Shown here in pieces: positions 1 through 8,464 of a DNA stretch of 32,000 nt. The stretch is from Ruminococcus albus 7 = DSM 20455 (GTDB lineage: Bacteria; Bacillota; Clostridia; Oscillospirales; Ruminococcaceae), in assembly GCF_000179635.2 (NCBI RefSeq), contig NC_014833.1, forward strand, positions 1,440,001 through 1,472,000. The letters are read 5' to 3'. The translations under genes and the position numbers were made by a program. Under the pieces are notes generated by a model. That model ran no database searches. It saw nothing but the letters and a program-made list of their open reading frames with translations, and had not been told where the DNA came from. Each line of letters begins with the position of its first letter. Within the stretch, counting starts at the first letter, position 1.

Positions 1-2368
1 TTTTCATAACGTTTTCCATAAATTCCGTATTGCCTTCAATGAAATCATCACCGATGATCGGTGCAGCGTTCCAGTCACCGTGGAAGCCTGTTATCGGTAC
101 AGATATGTCTGAACAGTACTCAGCCCCGGAAAGTGTAAGGTAACCCTCAGCGAACCAGCCGTTTTTGAATATCCCGTCAAGTGTGTTAACATTGTCGGGG
201 TCAAGGGTCACATTAACGGTGAAGGTCATCTCACTGCCGGCCTTTACGGATATATCATCCGTTGAAAATACTGCAGAATGTTCAAGGACTGCCGGCTTAT
301 CCGTGAGGATCGGTGAATATGTGAATTCATCATCTTCCACTGATTCGGATATCATTATAAGATCCGCACTCTTAAAGTGTACATCCTTGTCACCGTAATT
401 ATGCAGGGTAACATCGAAACTGAATTCATCACCCAGCATTGAACCGAGGCATACGGATGCATCTCCGTTGTTTGTCATGGTAACACAGCAGTTGCCCAGG
501 GCATTCATATCCACCATTCCTGCGCCCTGTCTTCTGGGAGAGTATGGGATGTCGTCAAGCATTACCTTTTCGGCGGTATTCATAAGCAGAGCCTTGACAA
601 GTGCTGTCTTTTCACTGCCCGAGACCTTCCATCCCTTGTTTTCGATATACTCCGCAGCCAGTGCCGAACAGCCTGCCGCAAAAGGTGTAGCCATAGAAGT
701 TCCGTCCATGCTTTCGTAACCATCATACGAAGCAGAAAGCACTCCCTGACCGGGGGCTGCTATCTCGGGCTTCAGTTCAAGTGTCTGTACACTGCCTATA
801 GATGAGAAATCAGCTATACCCTTTATTTCATGCTCGGTATATTCATCAAGATCTACGATGATATGGTGATCGGTCTGGGCAAGCACTCTTTTGCTGCCGC
901 TGAGATCTGTTCCTATGGCGATAAAATCAGGGTCATCAAAAAGCTGATTCTCTGAATGAAAATCATTATCGCATGAGCACAGCAATACACCTGCAGCACC
1001 TGCTTTTTTAGCGTTTAGTTCAGTTTCGTACAGATCATTCCTGAAAGAAACATTTTCTACCAGCACAAGCTTTCCCTTAACGTCATGGGCTTCTATCTCT
1101 TCTTTGCTGCCTGAACCGCAGTTTACAAATTCGTATTTAACTTTACCGTGTTTTTCTTCTGTTGTAGATGCTAAACAATATACTTTCGTGTCGTCAGCAA
1201 GTTCCATTCTGTTATACAGATCAAAGGATACACCGGTGGCTGCAACAGTGAAAACATCATCAAGAAAACCGGGAGTATCTATTATACTGCGGTCAACATC
1301 TGCGGGGTCAGATTCGGGAGTGCCGGAATTTCCTACTGCTGCACATACTACTACCCCTGCATTATCAGCGTTTTTCAGAACTGTTCCGTAAAGTTCTTCC
1401 TGATCGGTGCTCAGACAGTGCTGCCCGAAACTCAGGTTGACAACGTCTGCGCCCAGCTTTACAGCATCTTCAATACCTGCCACAGCTACAGAGTCATCTA
1501 TAGAAGGTCCGAAATAGGGACTGTAATCAAATCCTGCCATGAATATAAGCTGTGCATCGGGCGCTGCACCGCTCATCATATCACCGTCATCGTACGGATC
1601 CACTCTGTTGCCCGCAGCTATGCCGCATACGTGCGTACCGTGGAACATCTCCTCGACATCACTGCCGACAGCATAGCGATCGTCTTTATTGATAAGTGAT
1701 ACCGCGTATGGGATCTTGCTGCTGCGATAGGCTGAGTCGGGGTCGATATCGAAATTCAATCCTCGGTTCTCCACAGCATTTTTGATATCATCCTTTGTGA
1801 GCTTTACGAAAGAATCATCCTCGAAGGCTGAGAACATCTCATGGTCGAGGTTAAGCTCGGTATCAATAACAGCGATGACCTTGCCCTTGCCTGTGATATC
1901 CGTATCGGCGCAGAATTTATTTATGCCCGTGAGTTCACGGTAGGTCTGCATACTGGGTATCTGGTTTGTTTTTGATATCATTATGTCCTTTATACCGCTG
2001 AGCTTGCCGGCTTCATCTATCAGTTCGCGGGGAAGCGTGCAGGCAAAACCGTTGAATACTGCATCATAAGTAAAATCCAGCTCTGCATCAGGGTATAGAG
2101 AAAGTATCTCCCCGAAAGCATTGTGACGCATATTTTCCAACTGCTGTACTCTTGCCTTTGCAGCGTAGGTATCAAGATAGTCCGCACCCATATCTCCCTT
2201 ATCTGCAGCAAGTACAGGGTCACCGTAAAGCTCCACTATGACCTGCACTATATCGTCATATACAGCTTTTTTCTCGGTGCCAAGGGCAGCTGCAGGAAGT
2301 ATATACGATGTACCTACTGCGACTGCAGAAACTATTCCTGTTAATTTTTGTAATGATTTTTTGTTCAT
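1..2368 (-). CDS. Secreted S8 (subtilisin-like) serine peptidase, lactocepin/C5a-peptidase-like. The 3' end runs off the window.
   Basis: It is absent from the ORF track because no stop codon lies in the window. My reverse-complement translation from ATG 2368 (GAGGTG RBS upstream) gives MNKKSLQKLTGIVSAVAVG (signal peptide). It then shows the catalytic Asp (VIAVIDTELNLDHE), His (FHGTHVCGIAAGN) and Ser (GTSMATPFAAGCSA) motifs in order, plus a PA-like insert and an Fn3-like tail (ITGFHGDWNAAPI). The Ser codon frame was checked against the start at 2368. Confidence 0.85.
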   Translation of the reverse strand, partial: MNKKSLQKLTGIVSAVAVGTSYILPAAALGTEKKAVYDDIVQVIVELYGDPVLAADKGDMGADYLDTYAAKARVQQLENMRHNAFGEILSLYPDAELDFTYDAVFNGFACTLPRELIDEAGKLSGIKDIMISKTNQIPSMQTYRELTGINKFCADTDITGKGKVIAVIDTELNLDHEMFSAFEDDSFVKLTKDDIKNAVENRGLNFDIDPDSAYRSSKIPYAVSLINKDDRYAVGSDVEEMFHGTHVCGIAAGNRVDPYDDGDMMSGAAPDAQLIFMAGFDYSPYFGPSIDDSVAVAGIEDAVKLGADVVNLSFGQHCLSTDQEELYGTVLKNADNAGVVVCAAVGNSGTPESDPADVDRSIIDTPGFLDDVFTVAATGVSFDLYNRMELADDTKVYCLASTTEEKHGKVKYEFVNCGSGSKEEIEAHDVKGKLVLVENVSFRNDLYETELNAKKAGAAGVLLCSCDNDFHSENQLFDDPDFIAIGTDLSGSKRVLAQTDHHIIVDLDEYTEHEIKGIADFSSIGSVQTLELKPEIAAPGQGVLSASYDGYESMDGTSMATPFAAGCSALAAEYIENKGWKVSGSEKTALVKALLMNTAEKVMLDDIPYSPRRQGAGMVDMNALGNCCVTMTNNGDASVCLGSMLGDEFSFDVTLHNYGDKDVHFKSADLIMISESVEDDEFTYSPILTDKPAVLEHSAVFSTDDISVKAGSEMTFTVNVTLDPDNVNTLDGIFKNGWFAEGYLTLSGAEYCSDISVPITGFHGDWNAAPIIGDDFIEGNTEFMENVMK

Positions 2369-2540
2369 ATTGTCACCTCTCAGAATAAAATGTAAAAAAA
2401 TGGTGTTTATCATTTGAAAGACTTATTTCGCAGAACTTTATACTTTATAAATTATACCTTAACTAATTATATTTGTCAATGATTATCCTGATACTTATGA
2501 AAATATTAAGAAGCCCCGGAAATGTCAGTCAAGCTTGCTA

Positions 2541-2569
2541 TTGCTAAAATAACGAAAGTATGTTATAAT
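2541..2569 (+). promoter_or_regulatory. Sigma-A-type promoter for whiA
   Basis: TTGCTA (2541-2546), 17-nt spacer, TGT-extended TATAAT (2564-2569). Confidence 0.5.
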
Positions 2570-2591
2570 GTCTCTACAGGGAGTGATGAAC

Positions 2592-3527
2592 GTGGACGAA
2601 ATGTCTTTTTCATACAGGGTCAAGTCAGAGATCATCGAGAGGATAAACACCTCACAGAAAGCTGATGCCTGTCTTATGGGGCTGCTGTGCTGCTGTAACG
2701 AACTCAGCGACAAGGGTATACTTTTTCTTACCGAGAACACTTTGGTAAAGGATTTTTTCGTGCGCAACGTGTGCAGGATACTTAAAGACGATGCCGCTGT
2801 GGACGTAAGTGAAGCCGAGCGCCGAAGCGGTGTAACGCTTTACAGCCTTACTATGCCCGATAAGGAGCAGAGGATATATCTGCTTGACTATTTCGGTATG
2901 GATGAGAGCAGAAGGCTGACAGAGGAGTATCTTCCCAAGGATAAGTTCTTCCCTCAGCTGGCGGCAGGGATATTTCTCGCCTGCGGTTCTGTGAATGATC
3001 CCAGCAAAAAGTATCACATGGAATTCGTTATGCCCACGCTGGATCTCTGCAACGATCTGGGTCTGCTGCTTATCGAGCGCCATGAGATCCTCCCGAAGCA
3101 CGTTGAGCGCAAGGGTGCTCAGGTCATGTATATAAAGGAGTCCGAGAATATTATTGATATGCTGACGCTTATGGGTGCTACAATGTGTTCAATGGAACTT
3201 ATGAACGTCAAGATGGAGAAGGATGTCCGCAATAAGATAAACCGCGCCATGAACTGCGATAACGCCAATATAGATAAGACCCTGCGTGCGGCTGAGCGGC
3301 AGGTGGCTGATATAGAGCTTATAGATCAGAAGATCGGACTTTCGGCGCTCCCCGAACAGCTGAGGGAAATGGCTGAACTCAGGCTTGAGAATCCTGATTA
3401 CAACCTGAAACAGCTGGGTGCCGAGATGAACCCGCCCATATCCCGTTCAGGTGCTAATCACCGTTTGCAGAAGCTTGCTGAAATGGCTGAGGATCTGAGA
3501 AAAAAGCATGACGCTGATCGGAGCTGA
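2592..3527 (+). CDS. whiA: DNA-binding sporulation/cell-division regulator WhiA
   Basis: N-terminus MSFSYRVKSEI. C-terminal HTH LKQLGAEMNPPISRSGANHRLQKL is typical of WhiA. The ORF-track start at 2568 lies inside the predicted -10 box. GTG 2592 (8 nt after GGGAG) or ATG 2601 is more likely. Confidence 0.85.
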   Translation: MDEMSFSYRVKSEIIERINTSQKADACLMGLLCCCNELSDKGILFLTENTLVKDFFVRNVCRILKDDAAVDVSEAERRSGVTLYSLTMPDKEQRIYLLDYFGMDESRRLTEEYLPKDKFFPQLAAGIFLACGSVNDPSKKYHMEFVMPTLDLCNDLGLLLIERHEILPKHVERKGAQVMYIKESENIIDMLTLMGATMCSMELMNVKMEKDVRNKINRAMNCDNANIDKTLRAAERQVADIELIDQKIGLSALPEQLREMAELRLENPDYNLKQLGAEMNPPISRSGANHRLQKLAEMAEDLRKKHDADRS

Positions 3528-3577
3528 TTTTTGCTCACGGTGAAAAAATGTTTTCCGTGTTAAGATGGTTTCTGCAC

Positions 3578-3606
3578 TTGACAAAAGTTGGATTTGGGTA
3601 TATAAT
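3578..3606 (+). promoter_or_regulatory. Sigma-A-type promoter for rex
   Basis: Consensus TTGACA (3578-3583), 17-nt spacer, TATAAT (3601-3606). It implies a 5' UTR of about 110 nt. Confidence 0.6.
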
Positions 3607-3718
3607 AATATCGTTATTTATTTGACAAAGGCAACTTATTATAAAACGGTAAATTGCGGTCTTATTGTGAGTGAACAACTCAATACCGCTGACCATGACT
3701 CGGGAGGGCAGTTCATAG

Positions 3719-4366
3719 ATGGGTAAGAACGGTAATATATCAACATCGGTCATAAAACGTCTGCCGAGGTATTACAGGTTCCTTGGTGAGCTTGAAAAGC
3801 AGGAAGTCGAGAGAATATCTTCAAGGGAGCTTTCCGAGAAGATGAATCTTACTGCATCTCAGATAAGACAGGATCTTAACTGCTTCGGCGGTTTCGGGCA
3901 GCAGGGCTACGGGTATCATGTAAAATCTCTCAGGGAGGAGATAGGGCATATACTCGGTGTGGATAAGGAATTCCCGACTATACTTATCGGTGCGGGAAAT
4001 CTCGGCAAGGCGATCGCCATGCATATAAATTTCGCTTCCAGGGGATGCAGACTTGTAGGTATATTTGATGCTAATCCCCGCCTGACAGGTGAAACTGTCG
4101 GCAGCATAGCCATAAGGCATACCGATGAGATAGATGCTTTCTGCGAAGAGGAACACCCTGTCATCGCTGTGCTGTGTATACCAAAGGCGAATACACAGGC
4201 TATAGCGGATAAGCTTGTTGAGCTTGGCATAAGATCATTCTGGAATTTTTCACATTACGATCTTACCATTGATCACAAGGGCATCGAGGTTGAGAACGTC
4301 CATTTGGGTGACAGCCTGCTTACTCTTACCTATCGTACAAATCAGCTGGATAAGCCTGAGGAATAA
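3719..4366 (+). CDS. rex: Redox-sensing transcriptional repressor Rex
   Basis: Winged-helix N-terminus (RLPRYYRFL, ISSRELSEKMNLTASQIRQDLNCFG) followed by a Rossmann motif (LIGAGNLGKA). Confidence 0.9.
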   Translation: MGKNGNISTSVIKRLPRYYRFLGELEKQEVERISSRELSEKMNLTASQIRQDLNCFGGFGQQGYGYHVKSLREEIGHILGVDKEFPTILIGAGNLGKAIAMHINFASRGCRLVGIFDANPRLTGETVGSIAIRHTDEIDAFCEEEHPVIAVLCIPKANTQAIADKLVELGIRSFWNFSHYDLTIDHKGIEVENVHLGDSLLTLTYRTNQLDKPEE

Positions 4367-4380
4367 GAACATATAGATGC

Positions 4381-4412
4381 AGCCCGTGAGAATCATCTCG
4401 CGGGCTTTTTTG
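4381..4412 (+). terminator. Rho-independent terminator after rex
   Basis: Stem agcccgtgaga/tctcgcgggct (one G-U pair), 4-nt loop, then TTTTTT. Confidence 0.75.
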
Positions 4413-4414
4413 TA

Positions 4415-4445
4415 CCAGAAACGGCATACCGCAAAGGTATGCCGT
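4415..4445 (-). terminator. Hairpin downstream of the NlpC/P60 gene, a probable terminator
   Basis: Perfect 10-bp stem acggcatacc/ggtatgccgt with a 5-nt loop. Only a weak U tract (UUCUGG) follows on the minus strand. Confidence 0.45.
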
Positions 4446-4473
4446 AAGATCTTTATATTGATGATGTATACTG

Positions 4474-5940
4474 CTATATGAGTCTGCGGATACATACTAT
4501 AGGTGGATTATACAGCTGGTAGTAGGCAAGTTCGGAGTATATTATGCCCACACTGCTGTTAGCAGCGTGTACTATCCTTCCGTTGCCGTTGTATATTGCT
4601 ACGTGGGTTATACTGCTTATGCCGCCGTATCCGAAGAATATAAGGTCGCCTTCCTGCAGATCGTTATAGCTTACGGCTGTGCCGTAGCTTGCCTGCGAAG
4701 CCGCAAAATGCGGCAGAGATATGCCTATCTGAGCGTAGGAAAGCATAACAAGTCCCGAGCAGTCATTGGCGCGGTAGCTTGCACCGCCCCATACATACGC
4801 ACCGCCTACGTTGCTGCGGGCGTATTCCATAACTTTATTTATCTTTGCCTGACGCGAATCATCTATCGGCTGTGGCTGAGGCTCGGGTTCCGGCTCGGGC
4901 TCAGGTTCAGGCTGAGGCTCGGGTTCCGGCTGAGGCTCCGGCTCAGGCTGAGGTTCGGGCTCGGGCTCTTCCGTCTTTTTGGTTGTAGTTACCTTTTTCT
5001 TGGCAGTAGTAACAGGCTCGTTATCAGTAGGCTCGTCCACATCGGGTGAAACAGTGGTCTGCTTCGTAGTAGTTGCTTCATCCTCCGAGCTGTCGCCTGC
5101 GGTCTTCTTGCTGCCCTCTGTCTTCTCTGTTACGGGAGCGGTAGTAGTCTTGACGGTGGCAGTCTTTCTTGCTTCGGTGAGTTCTGAAGAACGCAGTTCC
5201 ATTGCCGCTTTATCCAGCGCCATGGTATCCAGCTTTCCGTCAGCACTGTCAATGAGCTTTTTCAGCGTCGCTTTCTCTTTGTTCAGTTCTTCTCTCATAG
5301 TTGAGTACTGTGCTGTCTGCGCCTTCAGTTTCTCCGAGCTTTCCGCTATCTCGGCTTCTACTGCCTCTATCTCGCGCTTTTTTTCCATAAGCTCGTCCAG
5401 TGCTTCATCATCGTGAGAAGCTACGCGCTTAACAAGTTCAAGACGCATCAGTACATCAAAGAAATCAGAGGAATTTACAAGTACATTTTCGTATGAACTT
5501 ATACCGCCTGCAACGTACATGGTTTTCAGCCTTTTCATGAATTCGGCTTTCAGTACCTCTATCTCCTCGTTTTTCTTTTGCAGATCATTTTCCGCCGCGA
5601 GCAGACGGCTGTCCAGATCTACCATAGCATCTTCATTTTTCGCAAGCTGTTCCTCTACGTTGTCGATCTTTGCTTTTACCGCAGTGTACTGAGTTTTCAG
5701 CGCTTTAAGATCGCCTTTCTGCTTTTCAAGCTCAGCTTCTGCCTCAGCTATTTTTTTATCAAGTGCCTCCTGCTCGGCTTTCAGCAATTCCAGCTCTGAA
5801 CTGTACTCCTCATGAGAAGGGGCTGCCGATATGCTTAGCATATTCTCCTTGCTGCCCGCATTTCCGAACACGCCTGCTGCGAGGGTAAGTGCAAGACAGA
5901 TGGCTATGGCTTTCTTGACTGTATATTTATTGTTTATCAT
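4474..5940 (-). CDS. Secreted peptidoglycan hydrolase: N-terminal coiled coil (CwlO/PcsB-like architecture) plus C-terminal NlpC/P60 domain
   Basis: Signal peptide and long heptad-rich region (ELELLKAEQEALDKKIAEAEAELEKQK). A T/E/P-rich linker follows. The NlpC/P60 catalytic Cys (NDCSGLV) and His (THVAIY) are present. Confidence 0.85.
   Translation of the reverse strand: MINNKYTVKKAIAICLALTLAAGVFGNAGSKENMLSISAAPSHEEYSSELELLKAEQEALDKKIAEAEAELEKQKGDLKALKTQYTAVKAKIDNVEEQLAKNEDAMVDLDSRLLAAENDLQKKNEEIEVLKAEFMKRLKTMYVAGGISSYENVLVNSSDFFDVLMRLELVKRVASHDDEALDELMEKKREIEAVEAEIAESSEKLKAQTAQYSTMREELNKEKATLKKLIDSADGKLDTMALDKAAMELRSSELTEARKTATVKTTTAPVTEKTEGSKKTAGDSSEDEATTTKQTTVSPDVDEPTDNEPVTTAKKKVTTTKKTEEPEPEPQPEPEPQPEPEPQPEPEPEPEPEPQPQPIDDSRQAKINKVMEYARSNVGGAYVWGGASYRANDCSGLVMLSYAQIGISLPHFAASQASYGTAVSYNDLQEGDLIFFGYGGISSITHVAIYNGNGRIVHAANSSVGIIYSELAYYQLYNPPIVCIRRLI
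4867..4971 (-). repeat. In-frame (PE/PQ)n tandem repeat encoding the hydrolase linker
   Basis: It translates to EEPEPEPQPEPEPQPEPEPQPEPEPEPEPEPQPQP. The DNA shows iterated ggctc/ggttc/ggctg hexamers. Confidence 0.9.
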
Positions 5941-6009
5941 TTTTTCGGTCTGTCCTTTCAGCTGCCGTAGAACGTTATGGTTTGTAACCGTAACGTAATT
6001 TTTTATTTA

Positions 6010-6038
6010 ATTATACTCAAAATCGGCAGCCTTGTCAA
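6010..6038 (-). promoter_or_regulatory. Sigma-A-type promoter for the NlpC/P60 hydrolase
   Basis: On the minus strand: TTGACA (6038-6033), 17-nt spacer, TATAAT (6015-6010). Confidence 0.6.
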
Positions 6039-6099
6039 GTTAAATATTTCTGAACATGCGGTAAATAGGAGTTTTTCATGGCTTGAAATGCCGAGAAAG

Positions 6100-6116
6100 G
6101 TTACATTTCGCTTACA
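6100..6116 (-). promoter_or_regulatory. WalR-like direct repeat TGTAAG-N5-TGTAAC upstream of the hydrolase promoter
   Basis: The minus strand reads TGTAAGcgaaaTGTAAC, against the published WalR consensus TGTWAH-N5-TGTWAH. There is one mismatch. The site lies about 60 nt upstream of the -35. Confidence 0.3.
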
Positions 6117-6127
6117 TTGTGATGAAT

Positions 6128-7090
6128 TTATGAAACTTTTTCGTTGGGATCTTTTTCTGTTTTTTTCAGGGTGCATCCTTTGAAATAGTGATCGAGTATC
6201 TCCTCGCATGAACTGCCGTTCTCTGCCATGGTATTTGCACCGTACTGACTCATGCCGACCATGTGCCCGTATCCTTTTGCTGTAAATACTATACTGCTGT
6301 CATCGCACCTGAAAGTGAAGCAGGGTGAAGCTATACCGCAGGCAGAAACGAACTTCTGTACATCCACTTCGGTGCCGCATAATACTGCCGAAGTTACATA
6401 GCCCCGTTCATTTTTTTCTGTGACCAGCCATTTATCTTCAGCACCGTGTAAAGTAATGCCAAAGCATTCGTCTGCAATAGCCCGCATTTCATCGTAGGAA
6501 ATGTCAGCATCACTTTCGATCCCTTTAAGTAAAGCGTCACTGCTGCTGTCGGCAGGCTGAAGATAGGGTATGTCCTGTCCCCATGCACATAAAGCGCTTT
6601 CTGTACTGCCCGATGATGCCGAATGATAAGCAGCTGTCACAGGCTCACCTTTATAAGTAAGTATCCAAGGTGCTTTGCGGACTGCTTTCAGTACTCGGCG
6701 CCGCACTTTGTCATGATCGCTCTCGAAGTGATCCTTTGCCTCCTCAGGTGTTAAAAAACTCTGGTAGATATTGTCATCATCACTGATAACAGCACCGTGC
6801 AGCGAGGGCGTGGGATCTTTCTCTTCGCTGAGGGTGCGGCGGTATATGTAGGTCCTTGCCAGTACAGCCTGTGCTTTTAGTGCCTCCTCATTGAAATCAG
6901 CAGGCATCTGAGCAAGCACTGCTCCGACGATGTATTCCTCCAGCGGGTATTCCACTACCTTGTTTTCATGGTTCAGATATACCCTGACATTCATATCCTC
7001 ATCCGTTTTCTTTATACCCGTGAATACAAGACACGGTATCAGTGCCATACATACCGTCAGCACAACAGCGCATTGAACATCAGCTCTCAT
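6128..7090 (-). CDS. spoIID: Stage II sporulation protein D (SpoIID/LytB lytic transglycosylase)
   Basis: N-terminal TM segment. Motifs AQAVLARTYIYRR, AAYHSASSGSTES and GHMVGMSQYGANTMAENG. GGGAGG RBS 7 nt before the ATG. Confidence 0.85.
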   Translation of the reverse strand: MRADVQCAVVLTVCMALIPCLVFTGIKKTDEDMNVRVYLNHENKVVEYPLEEYIVGAVLAQMPADFNEEALKAQAVLARTYIYRRTLSEEKDPTPSLHGAVISDDDNIYQSFLTPEEAKDHFESDHDKVRRRVLKAVRKAPWILTYKGEPVTAAYHSASSGSTESALCAWGQDIPYLQPADSSSDALLKGIESDADISYDEMRAIADECFGITLHGAEDKWLVTEKNERGYVTSAVLCGTEVDVQKFVSACGIASPCFTFRCDDSSIVFTAKGYGHMVGMSQYGANTMAENGSSCEEILDHYFKGCTLKKTEKDPNEKVS

Positions 7091-7192
7091 CCTATGACCT
7101 CCCGGAGTAATGTTTGTCCGTATGTATTATATATATGCACGCAGCACAGCATATAGAACTGTTTTGAATAAAACGGCTATCCTCATATAGAC

Positions 7193-7230
7193 AGATAAAA
7201 CAGCCGTACATGACTCATCGTGTACGGCTG
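7193..7230 (-). terminator. Rho-independent terminator of the isomerase/oxidoreductase operon
   Basis: 10-bp stem cagccgtaca/tgtacggctg, followed on the minus strand by TTTTAT. Confidence 0.7.
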
Positions 7231-7291
7231 CAGCTATGTAATTTTATGTTATGATCACTTTCCCTATCCTACTGTTTTATAAACGGTAAAG

Positions 7292-8464
7292 TCACCAGCG
7301 GACTTTCCACCTCTCGCTGAGCTTTTCAGCGCTTTCGCTCACCTGAACGGTTTTCTTTTCGATCTTTTCACTATGGCAAAGCTCTGAAAGATGCTTTTCA
7401 AATGTATCTTCATCAACGGGTATATCTGCTTTGCTGTCAGTCCATGAGGATACATAAGCCGCATTTGATATGGAGAGGGAACTGAGTCCTTCTTCACCGG
7501 GGGCGATAAGCTCTGCACCGTCAAGGATAGCATCGGCAAAGTTATTGAGTATCAGCGGATGACCGTCGGGCTCCTCGGCTGTAAATTCCTCATAGTCGCT
7601 TTCAGGCCATACAAAGCCGTCCTTGCAGTTGAAGCAGGTCACACGCTCGTCCTCTTTCAGCTTCCACCATTTTAGCTTGCCGTCTTCCAGCACCAGCTTG
7701 CCTTTAGTTCCCGATATCTCAAGGCGGTTCGAGCCGGGAGCTTCACCCGTTGTGGATATGAACACAGCGGTAGCGCCGTTTTCATATTCGCCGTAGATAG
7801 TAACATCGTCCTCAACACCTATGTTGTGATATTTTCCCACGGTGCAGAAGGCTCTTATACTTACAGGCATACCGAATATCCACTGCCACAGGTCAAGGTT
7901 ATGTGGTGCCTGGTTCAGCAGAACACCGCCGCCTTCACCGTTCCAGGTGGCACGCCAGCTTCCCGAGTCGTAGTAAGCCTGTGTGCGGTACCAGTTGGTG
8001 ACTATCCATACCAGCCTTTTGCGCTCACCCAGCTGACCGCTCCTGACTATCTCTCTTGCCTTTGCGTATATAGGATTCGTGCGCTGGTTGAACATTATGC
8101 CGAATTTAACATTTGCAGCCTTGGCAGCCTCATTCATCTCACGTACCTGTCTGGTGTATACTCCCGCAGGCTTTTCTGTCATAACGTGTATGCCGCGTTT
8201 AAAGCACTCAATTGCGAGCTTTGGGTGGTCATAATGCGGCACAGCTATTAGGGCTGCGTCAATAAGACCGCTGTCAAGCATTTCTTCTGCATTGTCAAAT
8301 GCCTTGGCTGACGGGCATATCTCACTTGCCTTGTCAAGCTTCTCGCATACGATATCCGCGAAAGCAGTAACAGTTATCCTCGGGCTTTCGCCTTTCATTA
8401 TGCTCCTCAGATGACCGCTGCCCATATTTCCCATACCAATGATACCAAGTCTGATCTTATTCAT
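7292..8464 (-). CDS. Gfo/Idh/MocA family NAD(P)-dependent oxidoreductase
   Basis: N-terminal Rossmann motif (IRLGIIGMGNMGSGH) and EKP motif (VMTEKPAG). Its start overlaps the upstream gene stop (ATGAATAA). Confidence 0.8.
   Translation of the reverse strand: MNKIRLGIIGMGNMGSGHLRSIMKGESPRITVTAFADIVCEKLDKASEICPSAKAFDNAEEMLDSGLIDAALIAVPHYDHPKLAIECFKRGIHVMTEKPAGVYTRQVREMNEAAKAANVKFGIMFNQRTNPIYAKAREIVRSGQLGERKRLVWIVTNWYRTQAYYDSGSWRATWNGEGGGVLLNQAPHNLDLWQWIFGMPVSIRAFCTVGKYHNIGVEDDVTIYGEYENGATAVFISTTGEAPGSNRLEISGTKGKLVLEDGKLKWWKLKEDERVTCFNCKDGFVWPESDYEEFTAEEPDGHPLILNNFADAILDGAELIAPGEEGLSSLSISNAAYVSSWTDSKADIPVDEDTFEKHLSELCHSEKIEKKTVQVSESAEKLSERWKVRW

Noticed and set aside
2568-2591. ORF-track ATG at 2568 as the whiA start.
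   Set aside because: It falls within the predicted -10 hexamer (2564-2569), so it would not be in the transcript. GTG 2592 or ATG 2601 downstream of the GGGAG RBS was preferred.
3529-3555. Hairpin cacggtgaaaa/ttttccgtg after whiA as a terminator.
   Set aside because: The stem is AT-rich and bulged, and no U tract follows, so I did not list it as a feature.
3665-3678. TTGTGAGTGAACAA in the rex leader as a possible Rex operator (autoregulation).
   Set aside because: Rex boxes are palindromes of about 18-20 bp (TTGTGAA-N4-6-TTCACAA type). This one is only 14 bp and its right half (GAACAA) does not mirror the left.
4867-4971. Short GC-rich tandem repeats considered as a possible CRISPR or satellite.
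   Set aside because: The units are 6-12 nt with no spacers, and the tract is in frame inside a CDS.
4567-5416. Plus-strand ORFs of 160 aa and 145 aa inside the NlpC/P60 gene.
   Set aside because: Their RLGFRLRLRL and Ser/Val-rich translations are mirror images of the PE repeat and coiled-coil codons. There are no start signals.
7091-7200. Searched for a sigma-E-type promoter upstream of spoIID.
   Set aside because: A CATACGGA -10-like element is present, but no ATATT-type -35 lies at a 16-18 nt spacing. This is too weak to report.
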